64,000 nucleotides of DNA from Octopus bimaculoides (taxonomy: Eukaryota): contig NC_068992.1 of assembly GCF_001194135.2 (NCBI RefSeq), positions 47,275,763 through 47,339,762 of the forward strand, given 5' to 3'. Numbering within the stretch: position 1 is the stretch's first letter; every line of letters starts with the position of its first letter. A program made the position numbers and the translations under genes. The notes beneath the pieces are model-generated. The model was given only the letters and a program-made list of their open reading frames with translations, was not told where the DNA came from and did no database searches. Below, in pieces: positions 51,266 through 64,000 of this stretch.

Positions 51266-51833
51266 CATACATACGTACATACATGCATGCGTGCATACAT
51301 GCATATCGATATCAATGATAAATCATAGTCAATGCTTCATCTCTTGAGATATATATTAGAAACGTTAAACGTTAACAGATGTTTTTCTCCTTTTGATCGT
51401 TGTCTGATGACGTCAGGACAGAAATATGATCAGATCAACATGGTGATTTGACGCAGCTGTGACCTCATCAATATTATTAACAACTTTACATGCATACCAA
51501 TTCTTAGTGTTGTATTGATTTCTTCAGTATATAAAATCAGATAAAGATATATATTTATTCATCACTAGCATTACACAACACAAGTTGTAGACTGTGATTA
51601 TGAATTTGATCCTAGAAGGGAAATAAGCCCATAAAAAATGATCAAAAATTAATCAGATGTTACACACCAACGCCTGGTTTCTTATAATATATTTCATCAT
51701 AACTTAAAAAAACATTTTTCTCCTAAAATGGTTGATGTTTAACAAAAAACGATATTGATTTATAACTTGGTTATGGAACCAAATATATTGTGCGTAGAAC
51801 AGACGAATAACCGGACCCTAATAATATTGTTAC

Positions 51834-51865
<32 letters not shown>

Positions 51866-52056
51866 ATATATGTGCGAGTTTTGGCTGTTATTTCAAGCAG
51901 GTAGATATGGTTAGTATGTCCTTTGATTAATTGTAATCCCTAGGCTATTTAAATGCTATTTTTTTAGCCTTCTGTCGCCTGTATCGTTGGTTCTGTTATT
52001 ATCTTTCTTAAATTAGTGACATTGGATAATAATAGAATTAACGGTACCTTTCTAAA

Positions 52057-52095
<39 letters not shown>

Positions 52096-52538
52096 GAGAG
52101 AAAGGAGAACAGATAGACAGACAGACAGGCAAGCAGACAGGCAGGTAGGCAGACAGACAGACAGACAGATAGATAGATAGATAAATATATCGTGTGTTTA
52201 CAGTGTGGACGACTACTACGTTGTGAGTTAAATGTCCCGTACATTATCATTATCCACCTAGTATGGGGGTTAGTATATCTCTGTACTCGTACTTAGCAGC
52301 GATACTATGCACGATATACTGATCACATGTAGGAGAAAATCAAGATAAACACAAATTCAAAGTTATTAGTCCCTACGTACGTTTCACCATTGCAACTATT
52401 TGAATCTCAGCATTAGATTTTCCAAGTGCATTTGGATGCTTGAAGGCATTGGATTATCAGGGGAACACTAATTGTTTTCTGTTACTAATATCCAATACCT
52501 AAATATTAGATGTCTGTAATAGAAGGCAATAATATATG

Positions 52539-52556
<18 letters not shown>

Positions 52557-52622
<66 letters not shown>
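52557..52622. repeat. (GT)n microsatellite preceded by (TA)n
   Basis: Direct reading. Confidence 0.97.
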
Positions 52623-52623
<1 letters not shown>

Positions 52624-53829
52624 CTGTGTAAGTATGTATCTTTATGGCATGGTTTGGAAAGCTTCTTAAGTGTTGGGACGAAATATTATTAGGTGCTACA
52701 CACCCAGATTTTCGTTGATGAAGATGTTCAAAACCTATTCATTACCTGCCGCCAAATAAATTTAGTGGTTGCGCTTTCATCTCTTGCACTCCCTTTTTCG
52801 GGGCTACAATGAAGGCATATTTACCTTATAATATGTGCACACTACTATAAATGCTAGACGGAAAGAGATTTTGACATGTTGTACTTGAATGCCTTATTTA
52901 TAGTTGCTCGTCGTTCCATTAATACCGATGTTCACTAATTACACCTGCAATTGGCTACTTATTAAAAACACGCGATTTATTAAATAGATTGGTTTATTTT
53001 TGGTGATATTCGGTACACTTAGTGTTCTTGTTACTCAAATAGATGACATCTATCATCGCCGTCCAGCATTTCTTCCTGTTAATCAATGTATGACACAATG
53101 TAGCTTGTGGCCCTTTGTGTGTGGCAGCGTAAGATATCTGCAACAGTAAGTCAGAGCGTCGCAAACTTTTTACCCGCAAAACAAAGACCAGTGTGATGTA
53201 TGCCTTAGTGTCGTGGTTTACTTGTGACCGACGTGTAGTGGTCTTACATGCTGCCCCATTACATTAAAGAGGTAATACATTCGCTTTCGTTTTTGTTATC
53301 AAAATGACATGCAAAATGGGGTGATGCTATTTGAGTAAACAGGTCCGATATCAATGTTTTTGTTGAATATAATTGTTATTGTCCATATTGTCATTGTTGC
53401 TTATAGCTTATTGAGAGAAAGAAAGGGAAATGCCATGATTTTTGTCGCATGTAATCAGAGATTAGTAAAAGATATAGAGTTTCCAGTAAGGGCTCACGCT
53501 TTATTCTCAGAGTGGAATCCCGATATCAACGATTGTAGCAGAGTAAAGGGAGCATTTGGTAATGTTAAACCGAGCGAAATATTAATTTCAGTTCGATCCC
53601 ACAATTTCGTAGTGGTTTTATGGAAGATATTGGGACGAAATGAAATAGTAACAAAGAAATGGTTTGAACCTAAAATGGAACAGTGTGAAACAAAATGCAA
53701 GAAAGCATTTATTTCCGCTTCCTGTAAATCACTTTTCTTGCTACTCTTCTCTTATGAATCCTAAACCGAAGATTATATTGAATTCCTGGAATCGACATAA
53801 TAAATATTGCAATTATTTTATAGGTTCTT

Positions 53830-54560
53830 AGACCATTGTGACTTATTCAGAAATCTAAAAAGGAATCAATCAAATGCCTTTCATACTGAATCAGAATAGA
53901 AATGATTGCTTGGCTGCAGTGCTGACTCCAAGTATATGACCGATGCTTATAAAGAGATACACATAGGAAAAATGCCGGTGTGAACCTTTAGAATAAATAA
54001 TAAGCAATAACTATAGTGTTTATCAAGAGGCAGAGGCTAAATTACTGGAATATGAAGAAAAGATGTGGGAGATCATTCAACTTATCTCCATATTTCTTGC
54101 CTTTGAAACTGAACATAAAATGAAGCAAACGTTTACCTCGGAAAAATTTCATATCACATCATTATTTGGGACTGAAAAGTTATGCATGAATTTGCGATAA
54201 GAAAGCTCCATAAACTTTCCTTTTATAGTCGTAAATCTTAAATGAGGACAATGCCGGTGGAAAACTGATTATATTTCCTTGAAGGATATTTATTAGGAAA
54301 AGGTACTTTCAGCAACAATCGATAAAAATTGCATTTTCTAACATTTGACACAAAATCATTAGGACAATGTTTAATTAACATTTTACGACAGATACCCCGG
54401 TTTTCATTGGCAGGATGGAAAATGTTACATTGAGGTTTTGTATGACGAAAATAATATTACGAAAACTTGTGACAGTGAGAAGCAATCATATGTGGTAGCA
54501 ATATATTGTATATAAGGCAAATACAGGAAACTTTTAGCGATTAAGATATTATGGAAGATC
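53830..54560 (+). pseudogene. Possible very old piggyBac-like transposase remnant
   Basis: Scattered residues in the expected order: ADSKYM..HIGK, GTFSNNR, HWQDGK, YKANTG. Many stops and shifts. Confidence 0.25.
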
Positions 54561-55578
54561 CAACGTAAATGTGTGTAAAGGGCTTATACAGGGAACTATA
54601 CCGAGTAATTTTAATAGATACCATTGTGTGGACAGTGGCCCTTATTAAACGATTTAATCAGCTACCATTATGTGGTAATCAGCCACCATTCAAGTCTTGG
54701 AGTCAATGAAATTGCTGGCGTTGCGATTAAATTAAAGTTCAATATTGTGCACCATTTTTTATTCATTCCTCAACAACTAAGAAAGAGGATTCAAAATATC
54801 AAAAGTGTTTACTCACTCGAGCTTTTCACATAATATGGAATTAACCAAATTAAGTATTGTTTGTAATTACTGAACTTTAAAATAATTATATTGCTATTTA
54901 GGGTTAATTAAGTAAACTGTTTGTTAATTAGGTCTATTTCTGTGGTAAATTAGAACCTGCAGTTTTTTTTTAATTACTCTAACCAGATTTGAATACGCTA
55001 TTCATATTCTCTCTATGTTGATATCACTATTTTTATTAAGACGATTTATCAATCATTTAGTTGCTAAAGAACAAGGAGATACACTGTCGTAACACTCCTT
55101 CTCTATTCAAGTTTATAAACAGCAGGTATGAAGTGAACTTGTTTGAAGTCAAAATCAGAATTTTACAAGGCAAAAATGTGTAACGTCATCTTTAAATGTT
55201 AAATAGGTGAAAAAAAGACCTTCGACATTTATCAGGCGCTCCCAGGGAAGAGACTCAAGAAGTTTATAATGGAAGGCATGTGTATCTCTGTGAAAAACAT
55301 TTAGGCAGAAACCGAGAAGAGGATTTTATTCAAATAACTTTAGAAGAGTGGAACTACTGTTGATAAAACGAATTTTGAAATGATATATAAAAGACAAAGA
55401 CTCGAGAAACACGAAACAATCGCATCTTCCTTTGGATCGGATCAAAAGCTAATGTGTTTTTAAATCCCGTAATTAGAGCGATGCTACGAAGACAATGCAG
55501 CAAAACCAGTGACATCCTTGCACAGAGACTTGCTTCAAGGACAACAGTATCGTTGTTCTTGATTAGGTTGTGGTTTAG

Positions 55579-55593
55579 CAACTAGATGGCACT
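55579..55593 (+). promoter_or_regulatory. CTCF-like motif
   Basis: CAACTAGATGGCACT is one mismatch from CCACTAGATGGCACT. Motif match only. Confidence 0.4.
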
Positions 55594-55845
55594 CATCTAG
55601 CAATTTTAGGATTAAAGACACGACTGACAGGGTGGTAATGGAATTTTTCTGCCATTGTGCGCTTTCAAATACATTGTCCCAAAGTGGCAATATATTACAG
55701 CGTTATTACTCATTTTGAGGGAGGTTTGGCCGATATAATATACAGCCCAAGGAAATCCTAGTAACTCATCGGAATACACGAGTCTATACACAAGCGCAAA
55801 GGTGCACACGCTCATAAATATATGTAGGTATGCATACATATATAC

Positions 55846-55881
<36 letters not shown>

Positions 55882-55923
55882 GCGCACACACATATATACA
55901 TATACACACACAAACACACACAA

Positions 55924-55955
<32 letters not shown>

Positions 55956-56100
55956 GCATATGCATATGTATGTATTTATGCATATACTTATACACACAAG
56001 TATAAGCACAAATAATACGTATGTACATACATGTATGTGAGTGTGTGTGTGTGTATAAAACAAAACTCAAACAACAAAAGTACAAGAGACGCGTACAGTT

Positions 56101-56134
56101 GATAACGTTTCGGACAATATCATTCTTCAGATTC
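56101..56134 (-). ncRNA. Degenerate minimal hammerhead-like motif
   Basis: Minus strand GAAT-CTGAAGA-A-TGATATTGTCC-GAAA-CG-TT-ATC. The core is intact with an AACGTT palindrome and GUU site; helices I and II are eroded. Confidence 0.4.
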
Positions 56135-56574
56135 TTGCGCGAAGTCCAAGAGAAATTGGGAAGAGAAGGAAAATAAAAATATACGAAAGATACTCGAGGA
56201 TATAAAATATCATAAAAGGATGCCACGCAACTGTATTTCTTAATATATTTCATGTATTTTGCCATTATGTTTCAATTGGTGAACAGACACGATGCAGAAA
56301 GAAACCACGGCAAGAACATAGGTGACATTTTATAGTTAAATAATATACCAGTGGAAATTGAACGATAAACCACACATAATTTCAGGCATAATATTTTCGA
56401 GAGCTAATGGAACCAATCGAATCCAATTGATTCTCACAACACACCTACAGCAACACACATAAACACACACACACACACGCAATACACACTCAGGCACACA
56501 CAAAAATACACGCACCACTCACACGCACACTTATACATACATGCTAGTGTGCGTGTGTGCGTGTGTTTGCGCGC

Positions 56575-56606
<32 letters not shown>

Positions 56607-57620
56607 ATGTGTGTGTGTGTTTGTGCACATATATAAAGCACATACCAAAACATGCTCATCAAGAACCAAAGATCGATTCGATAGCCAAATTACTAAACCT
56701 AACTGAAAATATAAAAAAAAAGGAATGTTAACCGATTTTCCTTGGCGAGGGAAGTGCATTATTGTATTATTAGGCTTTTGAAGCAGAATAAATAGGCTGC
56801 ACTTTACATGCGGGATTATACAGAAANNNNNNNNNNNNNNNNNNNNNNNNNNNNNNNNNNNNNNNNNNNNNNNNNNNNNNNNNNNNNNNNNNNNNNNNNN
56901 NNNNNNNNNNNNNNNNNNNNNNNNNNNNNNNNNNNNNNNNNNNNNNNNNNNNNNNNNNNNNNNNNNNNNNNNNNNNNNNNNNNNNNNNNNNNNNNNNNNN
57001 NNNNNNNNNNNNNNNNNNNNNNNNNNNNNNNNNNNNNNNNNNNNNNNNNNNNNNNNNNNNNNNNNNNNNNNNNNNNNNNNNNNNNNNNNNNNNNNNNNNN
57101 NNNNNNNNNNNNNNNNNNNNNNNNNNNNNNNNNNNNNNNNNNNNNNNNNNNNNNNNNNNNNNNNNNNNNNNNNNNNNNNNNNNNNNNNNNNNNNNNNNNN
57201 NNNNNNNNNNNNNNNNNNNNNNNNNNNNNNNNNNNNNNNNNNNNNNNNNNNNNNNNNNNNNNNNNNNNNNNNNNNNNNNNNNNNNNNNNNNNNNNTATAT
57301 ATATATATATATATATATATATGCATTCATACATACGTACGTACAGGCATATATATATATACATAAAAAGGTACACACTTATAGACTTACAAACTACTTA
57401 CATCTATACAGATATACATGCATACACACATACATATACATACACACACATATGTATGCATTCATACATATGTACGTACCAGCATATATATATGTGCGTG
57501 TGTGTGTATGTGTGTGTGTGTATGTATATATATATATATATATTTATATATCAACAAGAAGGAAAGTACATACTTACAGGCCTACAAGCAATTAAATCTA
57601 TACAGATATACATGTACACT

Positions 57621-57667
<47 letters not shown>

Positions 57668-58122
57668 ATATATATGCATAAACGCGCTTATATAGCGATG
57701 CCCATGTGCGTATTGAAGTCCTGTACTCATATTCCAATAGTGCTCTACCAGGTATTCACTGAAGTAGAATTAGTCGATCATAATGCATCAATAGTTGAGC
57801 TTCAATTTATATATTAACTTAGCTTACACAAAACCAAATACTGGTACAAGAGCCAGCGAGCCAGATCTATATAACAGCCAACACTTGGCTACAGATTTAA
57901 CATAACGCGAGTGATCATTTCATATCTGAATCCATGGGCATCTCTGTTTAGACGTTCGTGAGTGAGTGTTATATATATANNNNNNNNNNNNNNNNNNNNN
58001 NNNNNNNNNNNNNNNNNNNNNNNNNNNNNNNNNNNNNNNNNNNNNNNNNNNNNNNNNNNNNNNNNNNNNNNNNNNNNNNTTTTTTTCAACGAAGGAAGCC
58101 TGTATTTTTCGTTCTACTTCAG

Positions 58123-58701
58123 AAATGGAATTTGGCAGATGATAACTGTTGGGGCACCGTAGGATGTTTTTTGCATTTTTTTGTGAGAGGCAGGAATAAT
58201 ACGTTTAACACCCACTATGATTAGTTCCTGCATAGGATGTTCTTGAGAATATATTTCCACAATATTAAATTCTTGCAGAAGCTATGTATGAAAATGCAAA
58301 AATGTGGCCTGTATTTTTTTATACCTAGAATATCTATGTAATATAAGAGTGTTGGTTTTGTTCTTAGAACATTTTGTTTTATGGGATTTTTTTAGTGTAG
58401 TTTTTTTTTTTCTGAGGTGTCATGACAGCCTACATGACAGTTTTGCCTGACGTCAAAGTTTCTTTTTAGTGTAAAGGTAGAAGTAATCACAAAACATACG
58501 TTACTGTAAGAAGAAATATTGCACATATATTTAGACGTATCGAAAATCTAGGAGATTTTGGACATCAAATTGACAGCGATAAAGACTCTTATGGAGGAAC
58601 TGATGGTAGTGGGTGTTAAACGTATTAATCCTGCCTCTCAGAAAAAGATGCAGAAAACAGCCTACGATGCCCGTACAGTTATCATCTGCCAAATTCCATT
58701 T
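58123..58701. mobile_element. Foldback structure with 112-bp inverted arms
   Basis: 58123-58234 versus 58590-58701; the outer 27 bp (AAATGGAATTTGGCAGATGATAACTGT) are identical. Confidence 0.8.
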
Positions 58702-58806
58702 ACAAGACTTAGGTCGACCTGATTAACTACTAGAAGTGCTGTGTTGTGGGACTGAACATTCAAAGACGAGCACACAAAACGAAGTTTCTTAACCATATGG
58801 CTATGC
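58655..58806 (-). mobile_element. Degenerate SINE family-A-like head overlapping the right arm of the foldback
   Basis: Minus strand GCATAGCCATATGGTTAAGAAACTT..GTTCAGTCCCAC..GGTCGACCTAAGTCTTGT. Confidence 0.6.
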
Positions 58807-59300
58807 TAGAAATAGAAAAGGAAGAGTTGTAGGTTTATATGATATTATGAGAAGAAACGTGCGGCTATATCTTTATCGTTTGTATATAGGTACAAGGCGC
58901 CATCGGTTTTGCAGGGATGGGTGTTAACCGACGTCTTCGAAGTAACTACTTTACTAGTATCTAATGTTTTTTAACTCCCGATCAATAGAAAACAGATGTG
59001 ACCTAAGCAGTATTTGCACTTAGAATGTAAAGTGCAGGAATAATCGCAGCATTGAATACTTACCGGTGTTTTCACCATTTTTCCAATCCACTACCATCGC
59101 CATTAATATTATTGATATAACTGCAGCTGGTTCACAGTACCAAGCTCTAAATTAGATTCCATTTAATAGATAATTAACTGCTCATCAGCCTAATTAGCAA
59201 TATATTCCCTATGTGATTTGCCTAACTTCTATAAATAGCCCTCAAGTCTCACCCAACGCAGACCTTACATTCTTAAATGACAGCAGTGCACGTGCTTTAG

Positions 59301-59339
<39 letters not shown>

Positions 59340-59479
59340 GTTTCCATGTTTCCACCACAGATGACATACTACAAACATCTGAATATAATACCCACGCAAA
59401 TATTTAAAACGATATATATAGTAAGAGCAGCCACTCCCCATGAATTCATTTAGACACTATAGACACTGTTTTCGACACA

Positions 59480-59493
59480 GCGTCACTTCCGGT
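59480..59493 (-). promoter_or_regulatory. ETS/CRE composite motif
   Basis: Reverse complement ACCGGAAGTGACGC. Motif match only. Confidence 0.35.
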
Positions 59494-60254
59494 CCATTAA
59501 TGCTTGCTTCAATTAACCAACACAGATATATATTTGTGACATTTAAATTATCAAGTTAAGGATGCATTGCTAAGACGAGTAACATTCAACTGTTTGAAAA
59601 CTGAACGCTTACTCCTGAAATTAACTTGAATGGGGCTAAGTATTCCAACAAAATGGTGCAATGTTTAAGGGAATTATCATCTTGTATCAACATGATCCAA
59701 TCTGGTATAGATGGATGTTTAAGTTATAGATACAAATCGGAAAGAGAGAGGTACAGAAATAAAAGGAAGACAAAGAAAGAATGCGCTTTGTGGGAGATGG
59801 GTTATAAATTAATTTGTAACAACAGATGATTAATTTATGAACAAACTACCCAGTTTTGCTAAATGTATGTGTATATATGTGTATGTTTAAGTGTGTCTGT
59901 AAGTGTTCTTGTGAGTGTTTGTGTGTATATTGTGAGTCTTGTTTAATTAGGTTTTTATATTTTAATGTATTAAATATAAAATATACTAGACAAAATTGTG
60001 AAGAACTAATTTTTCTTTTCATTTTCTCTCCCTTGAATTTCCTTTCTCCAAGCTAACCCTTTATAGGGTAACTGAGGTCTGCTTTACGACGTAAGTGCGT
60101 AAACTATTCAAATGAAATCTATGTGTGTATCTGTATTGTCTTCGTTGTTTTCATCTCAATGAAGTTTCAAGTGAATTACATGAAACCTATGTTCTGAAGC
60201 ATCTCGACTGTTTACAATATCGAACACACATACTCTATGTGTGTGCTTTGCTAG

Positions 60255-60379
60255 TTCGCCGATCGGCCGCGATTCGACACATTGCAGACGACTCTTTCAA
60301 AGCGCCATGTGTTAAAACACCTGAAGATCAGTCAAAATAACGAGACATTGATGTCCGTCGTTGCTGAAAGGTACGTAAG
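60255..60379 (+). other. Candidate exon, CpG-rich with one open frame
   Basis: Acceptor TTTGCTAG at 60247-54, donor AAG|GTGAGT at 60380 (alternative GTACGT at 60371). Open frame FADRPRFDTLQTTLSKRHVLKHLKISQNNETLMSVVAERYV. Protein not recognised. Confidence 0.35.
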
Positions 60380-61554
60380 GTGAGTTGTCTCGCCTGTCCA
60401 TGAGTGGTTGCTTGCAATACTAGAAATACCTGTCTAATCGCGCATTCATTACATCCTGTCTTCTTAAGTGAAGACGTGATGGTCAAATGTGACATGTTTG
60501 ATAATAGATCTATTGATTCCGGGCTGATCAAGGGCTGAACAACAAGAAGAATAACTTATAGCTTGATAGACTTGGTGAAAATACAAGGGAAAGCTATTCA
60601 TAAAACATTGATTTTGGTTAGCTGTATTTTTGCTCCATCCTCAAAGCATAATCGATGTTCCTTTCTTTTTCGGTAAAAAGGTAAATGTGATGTTATGATA
60701 TTTCCATGTGTGAGATACTACTATCATTCATACAAGAGAAGTGAGGTAACTGATACTAAATTAACTTTTTTTTATTATGAATTTGTTATTTGTTGGGTTG
60801 TTTTTTTGCGTTAGAGCCCATTTGTGCTCTTATTGTAAGAATCAATACCGAGTTAAATTAGTTGATTAATGATTTTGTAAATCATTCATATCCCTTTCCT
60901 CATAAATCATTTGATAAAACGCTGCAAATTTGCAGGTGAGTAATATAAACAGTGTGTTAAATTATATTTTCACTAGGAAGATTCGAACCTGCATAGCAGA
61001 GAGTATATAAATTAAATACGCGTCAAGTTACTTGGTAGCTTACCACCTTTGTTTTAGTACGTCTAGATATCAAAGAGTGAAAACCATTTTTATATGAAGT
61101 CTGATTTGCTTATAAACAAACAACATAAAAAATCATTTTTTAAAGTGTTTCTCACAGCAATCTTATTATTTTTATTCCTATATTAATATTTAAAACACTT
61201 ATATGGCGTCTTGTTCCAAATTTACTTCGAAAAATATTGAAAAAATCATAAACTCTTTTTTTTCTTCGTTTACTATTTTCATTCTCTTAGTTCTTGATTT
61301 TTAATACATCTCTGTTATTCTTTCATTTTTTTTTCTCATTTTTTTTTTTGCATTTTGGCATATGCAAGAATGTGTTTGTGTGTGTATATGTGTGTAGATG
61401 TAATTATCAGTTAAATTTTCGAAAAGCAAAGAGTTCTTTACTCCTATTATCTCATAATTCTCTTTTCTGTTTTTCGTCTATTTTTTTTTCCCTTTAGAAA
61501 CTCTCAGGTGATAGCATGAAATATTCTTTACCACCTTCACCTTTATTATCATCA

Positions 61555-61848
61555 TTGCCATTTCCATCAACACCACCACCACCACTATCATCATCATCAA
61601 CACCATCATCACCATCACCATCATCATCGTCTTCATCAGTAGCAGCAGCACTAGTAGTAGCATCCATCAGCTTCGACTTCACCTTCATTATCCTCTTCTT
61701 CATCATCATCTTCATCGTCGTCGTAATCATCATCACCATTGCCATCATCACCATTGCCATCATCATCATTGTCATCATCGTCACAGCATATGGTCGACGT
61801 CATCCTCATCAGCAACGTCGTCATCACCGTCAGCATACTCACTATAAT
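61555..61848. repeat. (CAT)n/(CAC)n/(AGC)n triplet low-complexity tract running into a gap
   Basis: Direct reading. Confidence 0.92.
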
Positions 61849-63332
61849 NNNNNNNNNNNNNNNNNNNNNNNNNNNNNNNNNNNNNNNNNNNNNNNNNNNN
61901 NNNNNNNNNNNNNNNNNNNNNNNNNNNNNNNNNNNNNNNNNNNNNNNNNNNNNNNNNNNNNNNNNNNNNNNNNNNNNNNNNNNNNNNNNNNNNNNNNNNN
62001 NNNNNNNNNNNNNNNNNNNNNNNNNNNNNNNNNNNNNNNNNNNNNNNNNNNNNNNNNNNNNNNNNNNNNNNNNNNNNNNNNNNNNNNNNNNNNNNNNNNN
62101 NNNNNNNNNNNNNNNNNNNNNNNNNNNNNNNNNNNNNNNNNNNNNNNNNNNNNNNNNNNNNNNNNNNNNNNNNNNNNNNNNNNNNNNNNNNNNNNNNNNN
62201 NNNNNNNNNNNNNNNNNNNNNNNNNNNNNNNNNNNNNNNNNNNNNNNNNNNNNNNNNNNNNNNNNNNNNNNNNNNNNNNNNNNNNNNNNNNNNNNNNNNN
62301 NNNNNNNNNNNNNNNNNNNNNNNNNNNNNNNNNNNNNNNNNNNNNNNNNNNNNNNNNNNNNNNNNNNNNNNNNNNNNNNNNNNNNNNNNNNNNNNNNNNN
62401 NNNNNNNNNNNNNNNNNNNNNNNNNNNNNNNNNNNNNNNNNNNNNNNNNNNNNNNNNNNNNNNNNNNNNNNNNNNNNNNNNNNNNNNNNNNNNNNNNNNN
62501 NNNNNNNNNNNNNNNNNNNNNNNNNNNNNTATTATTAAAATAATCAAATTAATGTTTTCATTGTTGCTGTTCTTTTCCTTCTTGTCGAAGTTATTCATGT
62601 GCTTTTGTTGTTGTTGCTGTTGGTGGTGGTGGTGGGTTTCTGATTCTCCTGTTGCCGTTGATGCTACTGTCGTTATAATGATGTGCCGTTAATGTAAAAA
62701 ATATTTATGAAAATATATTTCTAACCAAAAGAATACACGGTTATTTTATTTTTTTTATGAATTTTAAAAAGAGTGAATGTGCATGTAAGTGTGATAGAGA
62801 TTGCGAAAAGAACAAAATATTTTAAAAGCGTGTGAGCGAGAGAGAGAGAGAGGAGAGGAGAGTGAACTAGAAAAATACCCCATATCCGGGAATGATGTGT
62901 AGTTTGAATGAAAAGATACACCGGATAAAACCGGATCTTATCCTATCAATATAACAACAGGGATTGATATGAAATGCTGGCTGTTTTTCAGGGAAACAAT
63001 TGTAATCTAATATAACGCATTATTTTTAACAATTATTTTAGAGAGAGACGGAAGTGCAGTAAAAAGAACGGCCTTCGTTATGAAGGGGGAGTGTTTGGGT
63101 GACATTTACTACTTTTTTGTTTTCGTAAAATCTTATCGTGAATAACAACATTTTATCAATTCACATTCAATGTTTTCCTTTAGATTTGCAATGTTCACCA
63201 TGAAGTTCGATCAAATTTGAGATAGATTTTTCTTCATACGTCAACCACGCTTATTATTATTAATGATAATATTATTATTTTCATTTTCATAATTATTATT
63301 GCTACTGCTATCAAAGTATTATATTGATTAAA

Positions 63333-63336
<4 letters not shown>

Positions 63337-63392
<56 letters not shown>
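63337..63392. repeat. (TTA)n microsatellite
   Basis: Direct reading. Confidence 0.97.
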
Positions 63393-63393
<1 letters not shown>

Positions 63394-63610
63394 GCGAGGT
63401 CGCAAAATATTTCATCTCACGTTGCTCTACGATTACTATGACATCTGATGCCTGAATCAGTGTGCACCTGTTCAGGCAACGTTGATCTGATGAAGGGAGT
63501 GAACTAACGTGCAGTACACACATTTCCTTATTGTAAGCAAATCATTTGTGCAGGTCGTTCGGCAAAAAGCTGAACACTCATACGCTGTCTTCTTCGATAG
63601 ATGAGTCTGT
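63393..63610 (+). mobile_element. 5'-truncated SINE-like element sharing the TCACGTTGC segment with family B but with a different 3' part
   Basis: TTTCATCTCACGTTGCTC versus TTTATTTCACGTTGCCCC at ~10823; bounded by (TTA)n on both sides. Confidence 0.5.
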
Positions 63611-63611
63611 T

Positions 63612-63852
63612 ATTAGTATTATTATTATTATTATTATCATTGAGTGAGAGAACAGTGCATGCCATCAAAGTCACACTGGCGTGCAAATATATGAAACCCA
63701 CTATACCCATCCTGACTACCCGTCTCATAAGGGTACATCGGGCACATGCATCACAACCATATGTGCGCGACATGGTGATCTCATGTCAAGATACTATTAT
63801 TATGGCACCGTAGTAAAATATACGAAGTCCAGTATACACATCATGACGACCC
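63612..63852 (-). mobile_element. LINE (RTE-like, from recall) 3' tail with (TAA)n, plus a partial second copy
   Basis: (TTA)n then TGAGTGAGAGAACAGTGCATGCCATCAAAG; 63810-63852 repeats 63680-63722 imperfectly. Confidence 0.55.
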
Positions 63853-64000
63853 GCGATTTCAAAGCCGCGAAATATTTTGGCACAAAATAAATTTAAATGT
63901 TGAAGTGAATCTAACGGTTTTTGTATCTGTTTTTAAATGGCTTATAAACACCTTCCACGCGACAATTGTTTTTGTTTCACTACACGATCTTAGATCAAAT

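Noticed and set aside
51404-51440. CTGATGA-CGTCAGGACA-GAAA-TATG-ATC hammerhead-like word order
   Set aside because: Helix I does not pair and helix II would need a 2-nt loop. More simply a TGACGTCA (CRE) palindrome.
63440-63505. CTGATGAAGGG preceded by a weak helix
   Set aside because: No NUH before the helix and no GAAA. It lies within a SINE-like element.
1831-63813. Most ORFs in the supplied track (poly-H, poly-S, poly-I, YI, CV, HT repeats and X runs)
   Set aside because: They are translations of microsatellites or N gaps and have no coding signature.

Overview
AT-rich, microsatellite-saturated eukaryotic DNA with about 20 N gaps, nearly all bordered by simple repeats. The SINE families and repeat density resemble an octopus (coleoid cephalopod) short-read assembly; this is inference from recalled repeat consensus sequences, not a database result. 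There is no intact protein-coding gene; almost all listed ORFs are translated microsatellites or gaps. Recognisable content: about 20 copies or fragments of three or four tRNA-derived SINE families, a CR1/L2-type RT remnant (9790-10183), two Penelope-like (PLE) RT remnants (16390-17350, 19700-19835), a Tc1/mariner transposase 3' half with its TIR (40005-40680), an 80-bp mini-Helitron, several foldback elements and two weak exon candidates. The most interesting signal is RNA-structural. Four degenerate minimal type I hammerhead-like motifs occur, two of them in the arms of a ~520-bp inverted repeat. Three otherwise dissimilar repeats carry all hammerhead core words (NUH, helix I, CUGANGA, CGAAA) in a non-canonical order, suggesting a possible permuted or pseudoknotted ribozyme-like motif.
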